Positions 60,385 through 64,000 of a DNA stretch of 64,000 bases are shown here, piece after piece. The notes under the pieces were generated by a model. That model saw only the letters and a list, made by a program, of their open reading frames with translations. It searched no databases and had not been told where the DNA came from. Position numbers and translations under genes: made by a program. Numbering within the stretch: position 1 is the stretch's first letter; every line of letters starts with the position of its first letter. This stretch comes from an uncultured Verrucomicrobiota bacterium. GTDB lineage: Bacteria; Verrucomicrobiota; Kiritimatiellia; CAIVKH01. The stretch spans positions 72,170 through 136,169 of the forward strand of contig CALMUP010000003.1 of NCBI GenBank assembly GCA_937872895.1. Direction: 5' to 3'.

Positions 60385-61419
60385 ATGAAACAATCCCTGC
60401 TTTCCTTCCTGATGGCGGGCGCCCTGATGGCGGTCCCGCTGCGCGCGGCCACCCCGAATGCCGCGCGTCTGTTTGGTGACGCCATTGCCGATGTCGTGGA
60501 GAAGAATATGCCCGCCGTGGTGGTCATCCGCACCGAGTCCCGCCAGTACCGGGTGGCCCGTGACCGGTTCTTCGGCCACATGTACCGGATCCCCGAACGC
60601 CTGGCCGGCCAAGGTTCCGGCGTGCTGTTCAAGAAGGACGGCTATATCCTGACCAACAACCACGTCATCGATGGCGCGGAAAAAGTCGAAGTGGTGTTCG
60701 ATGATGGCGCCAAGTATCCGGCCACGGTCGTCGGAAAGGACGTACACACCGACCTCGCGGTGGTGAAGATCGAGGCCACAGACAAGGAGTTTCCGGCGGT
60801 AGAGATCGGCGATTCCGACACCCTGCGCGTCGGTGAATTCGTCATCGCCCTCGGCTCCCCGTTCAGCCTGGACAGCAGCGCCACGCTGGGCATCGTGAGC
60901 CAGAAGGGTCGCTCGATCGGCCTGCTCCCGTTCGAGGACTTCATCCAGACCGACGCCGCCGTGAACAAGGGCAACAGCGGCGGCCCGCTACTGGATGTCG
61001 ATGGCCGCCTGGTCGGCATCAACACCGTGATCCAGACCGCCGGCGTGTCCGACGGCAACATCGGCATCAGTTTCGCCGTGCCGGTGAACCTCGCCATGAA
61101 CGTGGCCGAGTCGATCATCCGCACCGGCCGCTGGGAACGCCCGTGGATCGGTATCCTGATGCGCGAGGTGGAGGACGGTGTACGCATCATGGATGTCGTG
61201 CCCGACAGCCCGGCCCAGCGCGCCGGCCTGCTCGCCGGCGACGTGATCCGCGCGGTGGACGGCCAGGCCGTGGACGCCTCGGCCAAGGTCCAGCGCAGCA
61301 TCTTCCGCCGCAAGATCGGCGACCCGGCCACCCTGACCATCGACCGCAATGGCGCATCCCTTAACCTCCGCATCGTGACCGAAACCATGCCGACCCCCGC
61401 GCTGATGTTACGCGAGTAG
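60385..61419 (+). CDS. htrA: Periplasmic serine endoprotease HtrA/DegP/DegQ family
   Basis: Signal peptide. Trypsin-like catalytic triad context (TNNHVI; D; GNSGGPL). C-terminal PDZ domain. Confidence 0.85.
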   Translation: MKQSLLSFLMAGALMAVPLRAATPNAARLFGDAIADVVEKNMPAVVVIRTESRQYRVARDRFFGHMYRIPERLAGQGSGVLFKKDGYILTNNHVIDGAEKVEVVFDDGAKYPATVVGKDVHTDLAVVKIEATDKEFPAVEIGDSDTLRVGEFVIALGSPFSLDSSATLGIVSQKGRSIGLLPFEDFIQTDAAVNKGNSGGPLLDVDGRLVGINTVIQTAGVSDGNIGISFAVPVNLAMNVAESIIRTGRWERPWIGILMREVEDGVRIMDVVPDSPAQRAGLLAGDVIRAVDGQAVDASAKVQRSIFRRKIGDPATLTIDRNGASLNLRIVTETMPTPALMLRE

Positions 61420-61424
61420 GAACC

Positions 61425-62159
61425 ATGCCCCGCCTCCGCCTCGATTTACTCGTCGTCCAGCAAGGTCTCGCGGAAAGTCGCGAGAAAGCGCAGGGCCTGA
61501 TCCGCAGCGGAAGAGTCCGGATCGGCGGCCACCCGCAGACCAAACCCGGCCACCTGTACCCGGACGACACCGTGCTGGACGTGGAGGCGAACGAACGGTT
61601 CGTCAGCCGCGGCGGCGAGAAACTCGAAACCGCCTTCCAGCATTTCCCGCTATCCGCCGACGGCAGGGTGGCGGTGGATGTCGGAGCGTCCACCGGCGGC
61701 TTCACCGACTGCCTTCTGCAGCACGGGGCCCGCACCGTGTACGCGCTCGACGTCGGCCACGGGCAACTCCATTGGAAACTGCGCAACGACCCGCGCGTGG
61801 TCGTGCACGAGGGCATCAACGCCCGGCAGCTCGACCCGGCCCTGTTCACCGAGCCCCCCACCCTTGCCGTGGTCGACGTGTCGTTCATCTCGCTGACCCT
61901 GATCCTCCCCGCGCTGTGCGGCATCCTCGCCCGCCCGGCCGAGCTGGTGACCCTGATCAAGCCGCAGTTCGAGGCCGGCCGGGAGCAGGTGGGCAAAAAC
62001 GGCGTGGTGCGCGATCCCGCCGTCCACCAGGAGGTGATCGACCGCATCAAACGGTTTGGCGAAGGGCAACTGGGTCTGGTATGGTCCGGATTATGCGAAT
62101 CCGCCATCAAGGGTCCCGCCGGCAACACCGAGTTCCTCGCCTGGTGGAAAACACCGTGA
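61425..62159 (+). CDS. tlyA: TlyA family rRNA (cytidine-2'-O)-methyltransferase
   Basis: N-terminal S4 domain (RLDLLVVQQGLAESREKAQGLIRSGRV). FtsJ-like MTase motif VDVGASTGGFTD. Confidence 0.8.
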   Translation: MPRLRLDLLVVQQGLAESREKAQGLIRSGRVRIGGHPQTKPGHLYPDDTVLDVEANERFVSRGGEKLETAFQHFPLSADGRVAVDVGASTGGFTDCLLQHGARTVYALDVGHGQLHWKLRNDPRVVVHEGINARQLDPALFTEPPTLAVVDVSFISLTLILPALCGILARPAELVTLIKPQFEAGREQVGKNGVVRDPAVHQEVIDRIKRFGEGQLGLVWSGLCESAIKGPAGNTEFLAWWKTP

Positions 62160-62178
62160 ACACCGGGCGGACGGTGCC

Positions 62179-63042
62179 ATGAAAACCATCGGCCTCATCG
62201 TCCACACCACGAAATCGGTCAGCGCCGACGCCCTGCGCCGGTTGACCGAAACCGCCCGCCGGCTGAACGTGGACCTGTGCACCTGCCCACCCTACGGCGA
62301 CCACCTGACCGGCATCCGTTGCGTGGAAACCGCGGCCTGCACACAGGCGATGGATGCCCTGGTCGCCCTCGGCGGCGACGGGACCCTGCTGCGCGCGGTC
62401 GGCCTGATCGCCGGGCGCGACATCCCGGTGCTCGGCGTGAACCTCGGCCGGCTCGGTTTCCTGACCAGCGTGACCGAGTCCGAACTGGAACACGGCCTCG
62501 AAGCCCTCGTCGCCGGCACCTACACGACCAGCGCCCGCACCATGCTCGACGGCACGATCGTGAACCGCAAGGGCGCATCCGTCGACGTGTTGCGCGCCTT
62601 GAACGATGTCGTGGTCGGCTGGGGCCAGTCCACCCGCATCGTCACCCTCGACGTCGCGATCAACCAGGAACCGGTCGCGTCGTACCGCTGCGACGGCATC
62701 ATCGTATCCACCCCGACCGGATCAACCGGCCACTCGTTGTCGTCCGGCGGACCGATCCTCCACCCCGACGCCCCGGCGCTGCTGCTGAACGTGATCTGTC
62801 CGCACACGCTGAGCGCCCGCCCGGTGGTCGTGCCCGACAACGCGGAAATCCGCATTACCGTGAAACAGACGAGCAAGCAATTGCTGTTATCGGTGGATGG
62901 ACAGGACGGCCGGACCCTCTCCGAGGGCGATGCCCTGGTGATCCGGAAGGCGACGGAACGCTTTAACCTGGTCCACCTCCCCGGCTACCAGTACTTCGCG
63001 GTGCTCCGCAAGAAGCTGCACTGGAGCGGCTCGAGCAGCTGA
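62179..63042 (+). CDS. nadK: NAD+ kinase
   Basis: GGDGTLL motif. NDVVV and DGxxxSTPxGSTxYSxSAGGP region. Conserved tlyA-nadK synteny. Confidence 0.85.
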   Translation: MKTIGLIVHTTKSVSADALRRLTETARRLNVDLCTCPPYGDHLTGIRCVETAACTQAMDALVALGGDGTLLRAVGLIAGRDIPVLGVNLGRLGFLTSVTESELEHGLEALVAGTYTTSARTMLDGTIVNRKGASVDVLRALNDVVVGWGQSTRIVTLDVAINQEPVASYRCDGIIVSTPTGSTGHSLSSGGPILHPDAPALLLNVICPHTLSARPVVVPDNAEIRITVKQTSKQLLLSVDGQDGRTLSEGDALVIRKATERFNLVHLPGYQYFAVLRKKLHWSGSSS

Positions 63043-63064
63043 TCGGATCCGGCGCACCGCCAGG

Positions 63065-64000
63065 TCAACCGCCCGCCAGCCGCGCCGCCTCGTACACCAG
63101 CCGCACCGCCACCCCGCGCTCGGCAGCCACCCGCTGGCAGTCGGCCATCTCCGGCGATCGGGTGAGCACCTCGCCGCGCCATGTCCCGACCTTGACCCGC
63201 ACCGGTCCGTAGGGCGTCGCCACCGTTTCAAAGGCGCGGGCAAGTTTGGTCCGCTCGACCGCGTATTCACGGACCCCGAAGGTGGTGCTGCCGCGGAAGA
63301 TGCGGTCGATGACGACCTCGCGCCGCTCCGGTTCGGTCAGCACCGAAACGACCACGCCGGGCCGCTGCTTCTTCATCGTCACCGGCGTGCAGGTAACGTC
63401 CAGCGCACCGGCCGCGAGCACGTCCTCCATCAGGACGCCGATCAGTTCCGGCGTCGTGTCGTCGAGCGTGCACTCGATCACCACGCAGGTGTCGCGCTCC
63501 GCCGACGCGGCGAGATCATACAGCGAGGCGCGCACCACGTTCGGACGGTGATGCAGCTCGCGGCGGCCCACCCCGTACGCCGCCCGCACCAGCACCGCCC
63601 CCGGCGGAATCGCCGCCACGGTACGCCATCCGGCCAGCAACGCCGCCCCGGTCGGCGTGACCAACTCGAACGGCTCATCGGTCTGCACCACCGGCAACCC
63701 CTGGATCAACTCGATCGTCGCCGGTGCCGGATTCGGATACACCCCGTGCGCACACCGGATCGCCCCGTGGCCGAGCGGGATCGGCCCGACCGATACCGAG
63801 GCGACGCCCAACTGCTCCAGCGCCCAGCAGGCACCGGTGATGTCGAGGATCGAATCGGCCGCTCCGACCTCGTGGAAATGGATGTCCGCCACCGGCACGC
63901 CGTGCACCTTGGCCTCGGCGTGGCCGAGCGAACAGAAAATCCCCACCGCCCGCGCCGTCACATTCGCCGGCAACCCCGCGCCCTCGAGCAACTGGACGAT
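63065..64000 (-). CDS. larC: Nickel-pincer cofactor biosynthesis protein LarC (DUF111), partial - N-terminus beyond window
   Basis: HFHEVGAADSILDITG motif and C-terminal LarC domain. The reading frame is open to the window edge. Confidence 0.7.
   Translation of the reverse strand: MVQLLEGAGLPANVTARAVGIFCSLGHAEAKVHGVPVADIHFHEVGAADSILDITGACWALEQLGVASVSVGPIPLGHGAIRCAHGVYPNPAPATIELIQGLPVVQTDEPFELVTPTGAALLAGWRTVAAIPPGAVLVRAAYGVGRRELHHRPNVVRASLYDLAASAERDTCVVIECTLDDTTPELIGVLMEDVLAAGALDVTCTPVTMKKQRPGVVVSVLTEPERREVVIDRIFRGSTTFGVREYAVERTKLARAFETVATPYGPVRVKVGTWRGEVLTRSPEMADCQRVAAERGVAVRLVYEAARLAGG

Overview
High-GC (~65%) chromosomal window, most consistent with a Verrucomicrobia-like organism. Lifestyle markers: PEP-CTERM protein, DUF1559 pseudopilin, DUF2723/TPR membrane protein, fused ccoNO. 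The content is mostly housekeeping or accessory-metabolic.

Main blocks, in order:
- a partial SGNH-type hydrolase, an AraC regulator and a secreted GH31 glycosidase
- a system II cytochrome c biogenesis operon (lipoprotein-ccsB-ccsA), followed by two coupled Gfo/Idh/MocA oxidoreductases
- thrC, an FGE-family protein, NUDIX and mogA, and a ClpX paralog lacking the zinc-binding domain
- a REP-associated tyrosine transposase (RAYT) flanked by inverted GTAG-type REP hairpins
- metH
- a DUF2723-TPR / PEP-CTERM / SGNH-TPR trio with an AT-rich promoter and a 9-bp tandem repeat
- a complete F1Fo ATP synthase operon (atpZ/I-like, atpB-E-F-H-A-G-D-C)
- pheA
- a complete cbb3 oxidase cluster (ccoI-ccoS-ccoNO-ccoQ-ccoP-ccoG-ccoH-DsbD_2-like)
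- a ppk2 operon
- a glycan-modification cluster (two LPS-kinase-fold proteins, GT4, PAPS-type sulfotransferase, GT-A-like)
- a 1142-aa protein I could not place
- htrA, tlyA, nadK and a partial larC

Many long antisense ORFs in the track are high-GC shadow ORFs and were not called. No rRNA, tRNA or CRISPR was found.
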